DNA of 40,978 bases, taken from assembly GCA_043754075.1 (NCBI GenBank), contig JAYUVL010000007.1, forward strand, positions 1 to 40,978, written 5' to 3'. The stretch's first letter is position 1. Every line of letters starts with the position of its first letter. Source of the stretch: Cytophagales bacterium. Lineage in GTDB: Bacteria; Bacteroidota; Bacteroidia; Cytophagales; Thermoflexibacteraceae. This document shows positions 15,147-23,682 of this stretch, in pieces. The notes under the pieces are model-generated. The model was not told the origin of the DNA. It worked only from the letters and a program-made list of their open reading frames with translations, and searched no databases. The position numbers and the translations under genes were made by a program.

Positions 15147-17471
15147 CTATCCCCGCTTGAGCACTAGTTCCTCCCCTTTGGCACACTCCTTCTCGAGCAT
15201 TTTACCGTTTTGGGCAGTGCCGTTCAGGGTCCATTTTTCGCCCAGTCCGTGCACCAGGCGCAATTTGCCACCGTGCAGGCTTTTGACCCGGATCTCGGCC
15301 GTTTTGCCATTTTTCACTTGGCCGCTCACCAAAAAAGCCCCCTCTGTTCGCAGGCCCGTAAAGGAGGCCGCTTGCCACCCCAGCGGAATATCGGGGAACA
15401 CGTAAATGCCATCCCGGCGTTCTTGCAACAGCAGCTCGCACACGGCACTCAAGGCCCCAAAGCCGGCATCCATCTGCATGATTTCCGAATTGGGCTGGCC
15501 CGCGGGCAGTTTGCCGCGCACGGGCGAGCTCAACACGCTCAGGCCCGGGGAGTAGGCATCGTGCAGGGTCCCCCGCCCTTCGTTGCAAAAATTTTCGCGC
15601 CACCAGTGCAGCAAGCTCACCGCGCTCTCCGACTGGCCCATGCGGGCCCGCAACGTGGCCGCCCACGGCACGCACCACCCGCTCCACGCCCCCATGCCCT
15701 TGGCCGTCCAGTTTTGGAGCGACAGCCGCACGATTTCTTGGTGGGCCGGACTGGCCGGGTCGTAGGTCTTGAACGGATAAATGCCCGCCAAGTGCGAGTG
15801 GTGGCGGTGGCTCTCGATCAGGCCCAACCCCTCCCAGAGCGCAATCTGTGGCTTGGCTGCCCCGAACCAATCAAATTCTTGGACAACTGGCTGAATTGCA
15901 GTGCTGTACGGGGGCAGTTTGGCCTGCACTTCCAGCCAGCGCGGATCCACCGCCCCACCCAACAGGGCGGCCGCTTGGGGCAGCAGCTCGGCCACACAGT
16001 GGAGGGCGGCCAATTGGAACGAGGCATTTTTGCCCCAAGCATCCATGCGGCTGCCCCGGTACTCGGGACTGACCGAAACCGGGAGGGTGAATGCTTCTTT
16101 GCCCGAGGCATCGGCCCCTTTCTCGAGCATGGCCCAGTAGCCCTCAAAAGCCCCCACCAATAGGGGATAGGCTGTTTCGCGCAAAATTTGGGGGTCCATC
16201 GTGTAGCGGTAGTGCTGCCAGGCCAGTTGGGCCATCCAGGCGGTGCAAGCATGGTCGATGGTCCCGGTCCAAAAAGTGCCCACCACTTGGCACCGGTCGT
16301 CCACGGCGTGGGGCAGCATCACGGCCCCCTCCCGGCCAAAAAACTGTTTGCCGTTGGCCTTGAGCTGGGGCATCCACTGCTGGAGCATGGCCCACACGGG
16401 TTTGAGGTGGTCCGGGCGGTTGGTGATCAGCGCGGGCAAGTAAATCATCTGGATGTTGATGTTGAAATGGTAGTCATTGCTCCACGGCGGCAATTGGTAT
16501 TCTTCGTTGAATGCCCCTTGTAGCGTGGCGGCCACGCCGTGGGGAGGAGTCACACAAGCCTGCTTGTACAGCCCGTAATCCACCGTTTCTTGCAATACCG
16601 GGTCGGGCAACTGGATCCGGGGCACTTCGGCCCAATATTTTTTCCACCAGCCATCGGCGGTTTGCTCCAAGTTGGCAGGGTTGGTCAGGGTGATTTTCTT
16701 GATCACGTCCTTTTGGCACCCGCTGCCCAAGTGCGTCCCGATCAGGATTTGCCGCCCGCGCACGTTATAGGCCAGGGCCAGCGGCTCATCGGCGGGCAGC
16801 GTTTGGGTAAACCCCACCACTTGGCCGGTGCTTTCTTGGGTGTTCCAGTGTTCGGGTGGCTGCACACCCACTGCCTCCAGCTGGGTTTTGACGTGCTCCC
16901 AGCTGGCCACCAACTGGACGGTTACTTTGCCCTGCAAACTGATGGGCAGCTCAACCAAGGCTACCTCCTCCGGCACGGCCTGGCGAATGCGCAGGCGCTC
17001 CAGCTTGCCCTGGGGGCTTTTGACCAAGACCGCTACCTCGGCCCGGCCCAGTTGCAGTTCTCCGCGCACCAGCGCCCAGCCATTGGGCAAGTGCAATTCC
17101 ACGCGGCCGCCCCCCACTTGCTGGGGCTTCTCGGGCAGGTTGGGGGCTTTTTGGGGAACTTCAAAGGCCTTTTTCAGTCCTGCGTCGTCATTGGCTTCCA
17201 GCAGGCGCTTCACTTCTTGGTAGGTGGTTCGGGCCGAGAAATTATTGCCGCCCCGGCGATCCCAGAAGCCGGCCCGCCCCACGGTGATGTTCAGGGTATT
17301 GTCCGAGCCCCAGATCATCAGTCCCTGCACCCCATTGCCGAGCAAAATGCCGGTGTGGGTGCGCGGTAGCGGAAAGTGCCAAATGAGAGGGGCGGGCTGG
17401 GCATGTGCCCACTGGGCCAGCCCGACCAATAGCAGGCAAACAAGCCAGCGGTTTTTTTGTGCGATCTTCAT
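15147..17471 (-). CDS. Secreted glycoside hydrolase, GH95-like (alpha-L-fucosidase/galactosidase family, six-hairpin fold)
   Basis: A signal peptide (LVCLLLVGLAQWAHAQ) is present. The N-terminal LGNGVQGLMIWGS...FWDRRGG resembles the GH95 N-domain. PWSNDYHFNINIQMIYLPA matches the GH95 hallmark W.gDYH.NINlQMnYwPa as I recall it. Confidence 0.65.
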   Translation of the reverse strand: MKIAQKNRWLVCLLLVGLAQWAHAQPAPLIWHFPLPRTHTGILLGNGVQGLMIWGSDNTLNITVGRAGFWDRRGGNNFSARTTYQEVKRLLEANDDAGLKKAFEVPQKAPNLPEKPQQVGGGRVELHLPNGWALVRGELQLGRAEVAVLVKSPQGKLERLRIRQAVPEEVALVELPISLQGKVTVQLVASWEHVKTQLEAVGVQPPEHWNTQESTGQVVGFTQTLPADEPLALAYNVRGRQILIGTHLGSGCQKDVIKKITLTNPANLEQTADGWWKKYWAEVPRIQLPDPVLQETVDYGLYKQACVTPPHGVAATLQGAFNEEYQLPPWSNDYHFNINIQMIYLPALITNRPDHLKPVWAMLQQWMPQLKANGKQFFGREGAVMLPHAVDDRCQVVGTFWTGTIDHACTAWMAQLAWQHYRYTMDPQILRETAYPLLVGAFEGYWAMLEKGADASGKEAFTLPVSVSPEYRGSRMDAWGKNASFQLAALHCVAELLPQAAALLGGAVDPRWLEVQAKLPPYSTAIQPVVQEFDWFGAAKPQIALWEGLGLIESHRHHSHLAGIYPFKTYDPASPAHQEIVRLSLQNWTAKGMGAWSGWCVPWAATLRARMGQSESAVSLLHWWRENFCNEGRGTLHDAYSPGLSVLSSPVRGKLPAGQPNSEIMQMDAGFGALSAVCELLLQERRDGIYVFPDIPLGWQAASFTGLRTEGAFLVSGQVKNGKTAEIRVKSLHGGKLRLVHGLGEKWTLNGTAQNGKMLEKECAKGEELVLKRG

Positions 17472-17664
17472 AGGTTTTGAATTTATATCAACATTAACGC
17501 AATTTGGCGATTAACCCGATTGGGCCGCTCGTTCGCCAAGGATTTATTTATGGGCCAAGCCAATTTTGGGTGTAGTTGGGCGCCAGTTGGGGAAATTAAA
17601 ACCCTGATTTGCGGTTGTCCAAGCTAAATAAAATGCCGAATTTAGTCCCATTAAAAGTGTCATC

Positions 17665-17895
17665 ATGCTGAAAGTATACTGCCAACGCTTGGGCGTTTCG
17701 GAGCAAGCAAGCCTTGCGGAGATCAAACAGGCGTATCGCCAAAAAGCCAAAGCAGTGCACCCAGACCGGAACCAAGCCGATGATGCCGAAGCTCAGTTTG
17801 TGCTACTTACCTACACTTTTGAAGATGGTTTGTTTGGGCTGAGGGTGTTAAAATCGTACCAGTTTACTTCGCCAAAAAACAATTCGCGGCCCTAA
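17665..17895 (+). CDS. Stand-alone J-domain miniprotein (76 aa)
   Basis: There is an ATG start. The J-domain pattern LGVSEQASLAEIKQAYRQKAKAVHPDRNQADDAEAQFVLLTYTFE has an intact HPD. No client-binding domain follows. Confidence 0.55.
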   Translation: MLKVYCQRLGVSEQASLAEIKQAYRQKAKAVHPDRNQADDAEAQFVLLTYTFEDGLFGLRVLKSYQFTSPKNNSRP

Positions 17896-17956
17896 AGCGG
17901 TCCGGCCATTGGTAGGGCGGCAAAAGGAGGGGGCATTGGGTTGAACTTTTGGCGGG

Positions 17957-17964
17957 TAATTTTG
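17957..17964 (+). promoter_or_regulatory. Bacteroidetes-type -7 promoter motif TAATTTTG just upstream of the Rof-like gene
   Basis: This is an exact TAnnTTTG match ending 10 nt before the ATG at 17975, which implies a very short leader. Confidence 0.25.
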
Positions 17965-17974
17965 CTTCTTAAGC

Positions 17975-18247
17975 ATGGACACCACTTATCGCCCGGTCGA
18001 TTGCAGCTTTTATGATGTATTGGAAGCCTTGGCCACCCAAAAAAAATACACCAAAATTCAGTATTTCACCGATTTGCGCGAGTTTTATACGGTCAATTCG
18101 GTGGTAAAGGATCTGCAAACCGAGCACCACGAAGAATTTATGCACTTGGCCACGGGCGAAAAAATCCGTTTGGATCGCTTGGTGAGCATAGATGGCGTGG
18201 TGAACCCCGCCCATTCCCACCTCCATGAATTTTCCTGTGATTGCTGA
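17975..18247 (+). CDS. rof: Rof/YaeO-like Rho-binding antiterminator family protein
   Basis: MDTTYRPVDCSFYDVLEALA...GEKIRLDRLVSI parallels E. coli Rof (DTYQPINCDDYDNLELAC...RELRLDKITSF) as I recall it. The size fits at 90 aa. Confidence 0.65.
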   Translation: MDTTYRPVDCSFYDVLEALATQKKYTKIQYFTDLREFYTVNSVVKDLQTEHHEEFMHLATGEKIRLDRLVSIDGVVNPAHSHLHEFSCDC

Positions 18248-18424
18248 TCTGCCATAAAGTCAGCCAAATGCGCCTTGGTTTGCCTTGGGCCAGTATTTGA
18301 TAAGTTGAAAAAAGTTCGCGAACTTGCTACATTGTTGGGCAGGGGTCTGATTGGGGCTTGTCCCAGCCACCCCCGCCCAATGCCCTATTGGCCCAGGCAA
18401 GCCGTTACCAAGAACCCAACTCGG

Positions 18425-19825
18425 ATGTCAAAAAACAAAAATAACCCGGTTGAAACCAAGGATGAGACCGTGCGGAGGTTTGAACAAATGTTGAAGGACG
18501 ACGTGGTGCTTTTTTTTGACCTCGATGCCTTCGAACATATCATAGATTACTATTTATTGCAAAGCCAAACAGCCAAAGCGCTGAAAGCCTGCGAGATTGC
18601 ACTGGCTCAATACCCTTTCTCCACCCAATTGTTGTCCAACCGGGCGCGGGTGTATGCCCAAGCGGGCCAGTTCAAAAAGGCCTTGGCCCAAGCCGACGAA
18701 GCGGAACGCTACAACTCCTCGGATGAGGAACTGATGCTGCTCAAAGCCTACATCCACACCGCGTTGGAACAGTATCGCCCAGCTTTGACCTACCTCAAGC
18801 GCGCCTTGCCCTTTGCTGAGGACAAAGACGAAATTCATTGCCGGATCGCCGAGACGTACATGCGCTTGGAAGAACCCAAAAAGGCCGCCGAAAATTTTGT
18901 GGAGGCCATCCACCTGAACCCCGACAACCAGCACGCACTGCTGACCTTGGCCGATATATTGGAAGAGTTGAACGAGAGTGCACGCGGGGTGGAAGTGTTG
19001 GCCAGTTTTGTGCGAGAGTCGCCCGATTCGCATTGGGCTTGGCACAACTTGGGAACTTTCCAAAACGAGATTGGGCAATACGATCAAGCCGTAGAAGGCC
19101 TCAAGCGCGCCATTTCACTCAAAGAGAGCTGCTCGCCAGCGTGGTTCAATTTGGGCCATGCCCACATGAACCGCCAAGAATATGGCCTGGCCAGCGATTG
19201 TTATGCCCGCACGTTGGAACTACAAGGCCCTGATGCTGAGCTTCATTGCTGTATTGGGGCGGCCCAGGAAAAGCAGGGCAAATTTGACTTGGCCAGCAAG
19301 AGCTACAACGCCGCCCTCAAATTGGATGAAAATTACGACGATGCCTATTTTGGCATCGGATCCTGCCTCAACTCACTGGAAAAATGGTACGAAGCCTTGC
19401 ACTACCTGCGCAAGGCAACCAAACTCAATCCTTTCGAGGAAGGGTATTGGCTGGCGTTGGCCGAGGCCGAGTATGAAACCGGCAATGTGGTTTCGGCTTT
19501 GGAGGCGTATAAGCAGGCCGTTGATATCAATCCCGAAAATCCGGATACTTGGATGGACTGGTCCTATATCCTTTATGAACAAGGCGATTTCGCCCAAGCG
19601 GCCGATCTAGTCAAATCGGGGATTGATGACTGCCCCAACAACGCCGACCTCTATTATCGGCTGTGCGCCTACCTGATTTCGGATGGCAAATACAAGCAAG
19701 CCTTTTCTTATCTGGAAAATGCCCTAATTTTGGACTACGAAAAACATGTCGTGCTGTATGAGTTTTTTACTGAGACCGACATTCAAAAAGCACTACTAAA
19801 GATCATCAATCAGTACAAACAATGA
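18425..19825 (+). CDS. Tetratricopeptide-repeat (TPR) protein
   Basis: Repeated 34-aa A/Y/L-pattern helices run throughout (e.g. AWFNLGHAHMNRQEYGLASDCYARTLEL, AYFGIGSCLNSLEKWYEALHYLRKATKL). I chose the ATG at 18425 (MSKNKNNPVE) over the upstream track start. Confidence 0.8.
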   Translation: MSKNKNNPVETKDETVRRFEQMLKDDVVLFFDLDAFEHIIDYYLLQSQTAKALKACEIALAQYPFSTQLLSNRARVYAQAGQFKKALAQADEAERYNSSDEELMLLKAYIHTALEQYRPALTYLKRALPFAEDKDEIHCRIAETYMRLEEPKKAAENFVEAIHLNPDNQHALLTLADILEELNESARGVEVLASFVRESPDSHWAWHNLGTFQNEIGQYDQAVEGLKRAISLKESCSPAWFNLGHAHMNRQEYGLASDCYARTLELQGPDAELHCCIGAAQEKQGKFDLASKSYNAALKLDENYDDAYFGIGSCLNSLEKWYEALHYLRKATKLNPFEEGYWLALAEAEYETGNVVSALEAYKQAVDINPENPDTWMDWSYILYEQGDFAQAADLVKSGIDDCPNNADLYYRLCAYLISDGKYKQAFSYLENALILDYEKHVVLYEFFTETDIQKALLKIINQYKQ

Positions 19826-20625
19826 ACTATTTTTTGAAAGACCTGCCACCACGGGCCCAAAAGCCCCGGCAGAGTGGCCTCACCATGGTGATGGACAAAG
19901 GCTTGAGCCTCCGGGAAACCGAGGACATGTTGAGCACTTCGGCCGATTATATTGACGTAGTCAAACTTGGCTGGGCCACTTCCTACGTATTTCCCAACTT
20001 GCAAGAAAAGCTTGGGATTTACCGCGAAGCCGGCATTCCGGTCTATTTTGGTGGAACGCTGTTCGAGGCGTTTGTCATTCGGGGACAATACGAAGATTAT
20101 TTGCGCCTATTGGACAAATATGACATTACTTATGTTGAGGTTTCGGATGGCTCCATTGAGTTGAACCACGACCTCAAGTGCGAGTATATCCGCAAACTGG
20201 CCACCCGGGCCACCGTATTTTCCGAAGTGGGCTCCAAAGATGCCGAAAAAATCATTCCGCCCTATAAATGGATCCAGCAAATGCGGGCCGAACTCAATGC
20301 CGGAGCTTGGAAGGTGATCGGGGAAGCCCGTGAGGGGGGCAATGTGGGCCTGTTCCGCTCCTCTGGTGAGGTAAGATCTGGTCTGGTTGAAGAGATTTTG
20401 ACCCAAATCCCTTTTGACCGGATCATGTGGGAGGCCCCGCAGAAATCTCAGCAAGTGTGGTTCATCAAATATTTGGGGGCAAATGTGAACTTGGGCAACA
20501 TTGGCACCAACGATGTAATCCCATTGGAAACCATTCGGTTGGGCCTGCGCGGGGACACCTTCATGACGTTTCTCAATAATGAAGTGAAGCTCAAACTAGA
20601 TAGCCCTCCCGATGTGAACAAATAG
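19822..20625 (+). CDS. comA: (2R)-phospho-3-sulfolactate synthase (ComA family)
   Basis: KPRQSGLTMVMDKG, YIDVVKLGWATS, YFGGTLFEAF and YVEVSDGSIEL match the ComA family pattern. The start ATG overlaps the TPR gene stop (ATGA). Confidence 0.8.
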   Translation: MNYFLKDLPPRAQKPRQSGLTMVMDKGLSLRETEDMLSTSADYIDVVKLGWATSYVFPNLQEKLGIYREAGIPVYFGGTLFEAFVIRGQYEDYLRLLDKYDITYVEVSDGSIELNHDLKCEYIRKLATRATVFSEVGSKDAEKIIPPYKWIQQMRAELNAGAWKVIGEAREGGNVGLFRSSGEVRSGLVEEILTQIPFDRIMWEAPQKSQQVWFIKYLGANVNLGNIGTNDVIPLETIRLGLRGDTFMTFLNNEVKLKLDSPPDVNK

Positions 20626-20655
20626 GCCCCGGGGGTGTTTTTGATATTTTTTAGC

Positions 20656-20695
20656 AAAAAGTGCTGGCCCGATGGATTGGGCCAGCACTTTTTTG
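20656..20695. terminator. Bidirectional rho-independent terminator between convergent comA and the desaturase gene
   Basis: The sequence is aaaaagtgctggccc / gggccagcacttttt. The GC stem is flanked by an A-run and a T-run. Confidence 0.8.
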
Positions 20696-20713
20696 GTAGG
20701 GTCTGGGGCCGGG

Positions 20714-21697
20714 CTAGGCCAATATCCAGCGAAACTTGTATTCCAGTTCGGGCAGTTTCATGCGCTCGGCCACCCGCAGCAAACGGTCGGGCAGGCGCAG
20801 GAGGTATTCGCGTGCCTTCTCGCCCGATGGGGCCAAGTCGGTAAGTTCTTCCACTTTCCAAGTTTTGAGCAGTTCTTGCACAATTTCCACATAATCGTGG
20901 GCAGTGTAAACGCCCAGTCTTTGGGCGGCATTGGTAAAGTGGCCGTAAGTTTCCCCAATCCGGGTCCCGATTTCGCGCAGGAAATGGGCTGGCATCACTA
21001 TTTTCTTGCGCATCATGTCTTCAAAAGCCAAAATCGCCTCATTGGGATCCACCTCGAAGATTTTGGAAATGAAGGCTTGGTACGCCTTGGCATGGCGGGC
21101 CTCATCGGCGGCCACCAGCCCACAAATCTTGGACAGGGTGGTGTCGCCCGCTTTTTTGGCCAAGGTGGCCACTCGGCGGTGCGAAACATTGGTGGCCACT
21201 TCCTGAAAACTGGTGTAGATAAAATTGCGATAAGGATCGTGGCCCGTCTCGATGTTGAACCCATCAGCGATCAGGTATTGGGTGGATGCTTCCACTTCGC
21301 GCATGTTCACTCGCCCGCTCAGGTACAGGTAGCGGTTGAGCAAATCACCGTGGCGGTTCTCTTCGGCGGTCCAAGCGCGGGTCCAGCGCCGCCATCCGCA
21401 GCCTTCGCCCAGTTCATTGATACCGTCCATCGCATAGAGCCACGATTCATAAGTGGGCAGCGCTTCTTCGGTAATCATATCGCCGATGAGCACGGCCAGC
21501 ACATCATAAGACAACTCCTTGGCCCGCTCTTGGAGTTGCTTTACGTCATCAAAAAAAGATTCTCGTGCAGTATCAGGCAAATGATCAGCTGGTTGCCACA
21601 TGTGCTCGGGTGGCTTCAAGTACTCGGTAACCGCGCCCGACACAAAGCCATCTAGGTGCTTTAGGACTTCCAAACGGGTCAATTCGGAAAATTTCAT
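20714..21697 (-). CDS. Soluble acyl-ACP desaturase (di-iron, stearoyl-ACP desaturase family)
   Basis: Both di-iron motifs are present: WTAEENRHGDLL and VAADEARHAKAY. There is an ATG start. The equally long plus-strand ORF is an in-phase antisense shadow. Confidence 0.85.
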   Translation of the reverse strand: MKFSELTRLEVLKHLDGFVSGAVTEYLKPPEHMWQPADHLPDTARESFFDDVKQLQERAKELSYDVLAVLIGDMITEEALPTYESWLYAMDGINELGEGCGWRRWTRAWTAEENRHGDLLNRYLYLSGRVNMREVEASTQYLIADGFNIETGHDPYRNFIYTSFQEVATNVSHRRVATLAKKAGDTTLSKICGLVAADEARHAKAYQAFISKIFEVDPNEAILAFEDMMRKKIVMPAHFLREIGTRIGETYGHFTNAAQRLGVYTAHDYVEIVQELLKTWKVEELTDLAPSGEKAREYLLRLPDRLLRVAERMKLPELEYKFRWILA

Positions 21698-21749
21698 GCG
21701 TGAAAAAAGTTGATGGTGCGATGATTCTGTTCCATTCCATTAAGTAGGT

Positions 21750-21757
21750 CAAAGGTA
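21750..21757 (-). promoter_or_regulatory. Bacteroidetes-type -7 promoter motif TACCTTTG upstream of the desaturase gene
   Basis: The plus strand reads caaaggta, an exact TAnnTTTG on the minus strand. It lies about 53 nt upstream of the ATG at 21697. Confidence 0.3.
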
Positions 21758-21905
21758 CTCAAAGGAACGGGTTAATCTTGGGAAAACTTTGAATTATTGG
21801 CAATTCTCGCTTAATTTTACGCTTAATCAAACAGCTTCCTCTTTTCGGTGATGTTAGCCGATAAAATCCGATTGATTGCCGGGGCTGGTTTTTACGCGCA
21901 ACACC

Positions 21906-22679
21906 ATGGAACACGAATATAACACGCACAAATCATACTTGGTGCTCAAGGAATATGGCCGCAACGTCCAAAAATTGGCGGAGTACCTCGTTACGCTCAA
22001 GAGCAAGGAGGAACGCACTGCATTGGCCAATGTGTTGATCAACCTGATGAAACAGCTCAACCCTACCGTGCGGGAAAACAACGATACCAACCAGCGGATT
22101 TGGGATCACCTTCATTTCATGGCTGATTTAAAGCTGGACATCGACGGCCCTTATCCCGTGCCAGAAGAAGGTTCGTTGTACAAAAAACCCAAGCGGGTGG
22201 CTTACAACATGAACCGCATCACTTACAAGCACTACGGTCGCAATGTTGAATTGTTGATCGACCGGGCGGTGGTGCTAGAAGATCCAGAGGAAAAAATGGC
22301 AGCATCGGTCTATATTTTCAAGTTGATGAAAGGCTTTTATGCCACTTGGAACAAGGAAAATACGGATGATGAAATAATATTGCAGCAGTTGAAGGAATTG
22401 TCGGGTGGGCGCATCGATCTAACCCCGGCCGATCTGCGTGCCGAAGGGGCCAACCAAGAGCGCAAGCACCCCCACCAAGGTCACCAACCCAACCTTCGCC
22501 AGCATCCTCACCAAGGTGGCCATCAGCACCGCAACAACCCCAATATTGGCAACACCAACGGTAACATTGGCAACAGTAATGTTGCTAATAGCAATAACAA
22601 TAAAAACCCCAATAGTAATCCCAACTCCAACCCCAATAACCGTTTCAACAACCGCGATCGGGACAAACGTCGAAAATGA
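21906..22679 (+). CDS. DUF4290 family protein with Asn/His/Pro-rich low-complexity C-terminal tail
   Basis: MEHEYNTHKSYLVLKEYGRNVQKLAEYL...EERTALANVLINLMKQLNP...RIWDHLHFMADLKLDIDGPYP...YKHYGRNVE matches the DUF4290 pattern I recall. The tail reads HPHQGHQPN...NPNSNPNSNPNNRFNNRDRDKRRK. Confidence 0.75.
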   Translation: MEHEYNTHKSYLVLKEYGRNVQKLAEYLVTLKSKEERTALANVLINLMKQLNPTVRENNDTNQRIWDHLHFMADLKLDIDGPYPVPEEGSLYKKPKRVAYNMNRITYKHYGRNVELLIDRAVVLEDPEEKMAASVYIFKLMKGFYATWNKENTDDEIILQQLKELSGGRIDLTPADLRAEGANQERKHPHQGHQPNLRQHPHQGGHQHRNNPNIGNTNGNIGNSNVANSNNNKNPNSNPNSNPNNRFNNRDRDKRRK

Positions 22680-23449
22680 ACCGGGTAGTTGGGCAAAAGG
22701 AATCCCGAGAACAGTCACTGCTGACTAGCATCGTTATCCTGCTGCACAGTGCGTGGTGTGCTTTCATTTTTGGCCTGATTTTCCTGTTAATTGCCCCCTT
22801 TTCCCTTTTGGCCAGCACTCGCCCATCTTGGCATGTGTGGGTTTATCGGCTTCATCTGATTTGGGGCATCGTATTTTTTCGATTGGCCGGCATTCGGGTG
22901 GCCATTGAACACCGGGCCGCGTGGACCGACCAACCAGCCATTTTTTGTCCCAACCATACGTCTTATTTGGACATCCCCATGGTTACGTATGCCCTCCGGC
23001 GTTTCTTTGTGTTTGTGGGCAAAAGTTCATTGGCCAAAGTTCCCCTTTTTGGCATCATCTTCACTCGCGTCCACATTCCAGTGGATCGGGACAACCTACG
23101 CAGCCGTTATGCTGTGATGAAAAAATCGCTGGCAGCCATTGACCAAGGCAAAAGCATCGTCCTTTTTCCGGAGGGCGGGTTCTCCGACACTCCGCCCCAA
23201 CTGGCCCAATTTAAGGAGGGGCCTTTTCGGCTGGCCATTGAGGCCCAAGTGCCCATCATTCCAGTGACCATCCCGTTCAATTGGCTGATCCTGCCCGATC
23301 GAATCCCCCTCCGCCTCCACAACCAACCTGCCAAGGTAATTTTTCACTCCCCCATCCCCACGGTTGGCCTTACCTTGGCCGACGTGCCCAAACTCCAAGC
23401 CCAAGTGCGTGGCATCATCCAAGAAGAACTACTATTTCAGAATGCGTAA
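22676..23449 (+). CDS. plsC: 1-acyl-sn-glycerol-3-phosphate acyltransferase
   Basis: An N-terminal TM segment is present. The acyltransferase motifs are HX4D (CPNHTSYLDIP) and FPEGG. The start ATG overlaps the DUF4290 gene stop (ATGA). Confidence 0.8.
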   Translation: MNRVVGQKESREQSLLTSIVILLHSAWCAFIFGLIFLLIAPFSLLASTRPSWHVWVYRLHLIWGIVFFRLAGIRVAIEHRAAWTDQPAIFCPNHTSYLDIPMVTYALRRFFVFVGKSSLAKVPLFGIIFTRVHIPVDRDNLRSRYAVMKKSLAAIDQGKSIVLFPEGGFSDTPPQLAQFKEGPFRLAIEAQVPIIPVTIPFNWLILPDRIPLRLHNQPAKVIFHSPIPTVGLTLADVPKLQAQVRGIIQEELLFQNA

Positions 23450-23682
23450 CATCGAGAGGTTTATCTAGAGGTTACGCGCACGCAAAACGTGGCCCCAACG
23501 TGCGTTTCGCATTGACCAAAATGATACCGCCCACGGTCACCACCCAAATTTGTTATTGAAACACAAATATTTGAAAGACAGTTGGTTAGGTTTTTTTGGC
23601 GTCAAAAGAAGCGAGATTCCACCCTCTGGCCCAACAGTTCGGGCGTTGGGCCAGCTTGCCGGGCAGCAGCCCGGGCCGAGTG

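Noticed and set aside
11604-17471. A polysaccharide utilisation locus (TonB receptor plus GH95, with gntK, kdgK and DUF1080 nearby).
   Set aside because: No SusD-like gene follows the receptor. The receptor and the glycosidase are convergent and separated by a terminator. The sugar-acid kinases are scattered 5-12 kb away, so this is not a canonical PUL.
17665-17895. The J-domain ORF as a frameshifted remnant of a full-length DnaJ/CbpA gene.
   Set aside because: The other two forward frames hit stop codons within a few codons after helix III, and no G/F or Cys-rich coding potential follows. It looks like a genuinely short ORF, though expression is unproven.
20672-21655. A 327-aa plus-strand ORF exactly as long as the desaturase gene on the opposite strand.
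   Set aside because: It is in the same codon phase as the minus-strand gene, so its stop codons would require TTA, CTA or TCA sense codons, which this genome evidently avoids. The minus-strand product has textbook di-iron desaturase motifs. The plus-strand product is G/H/Q/F-rich with no recognisable motif.
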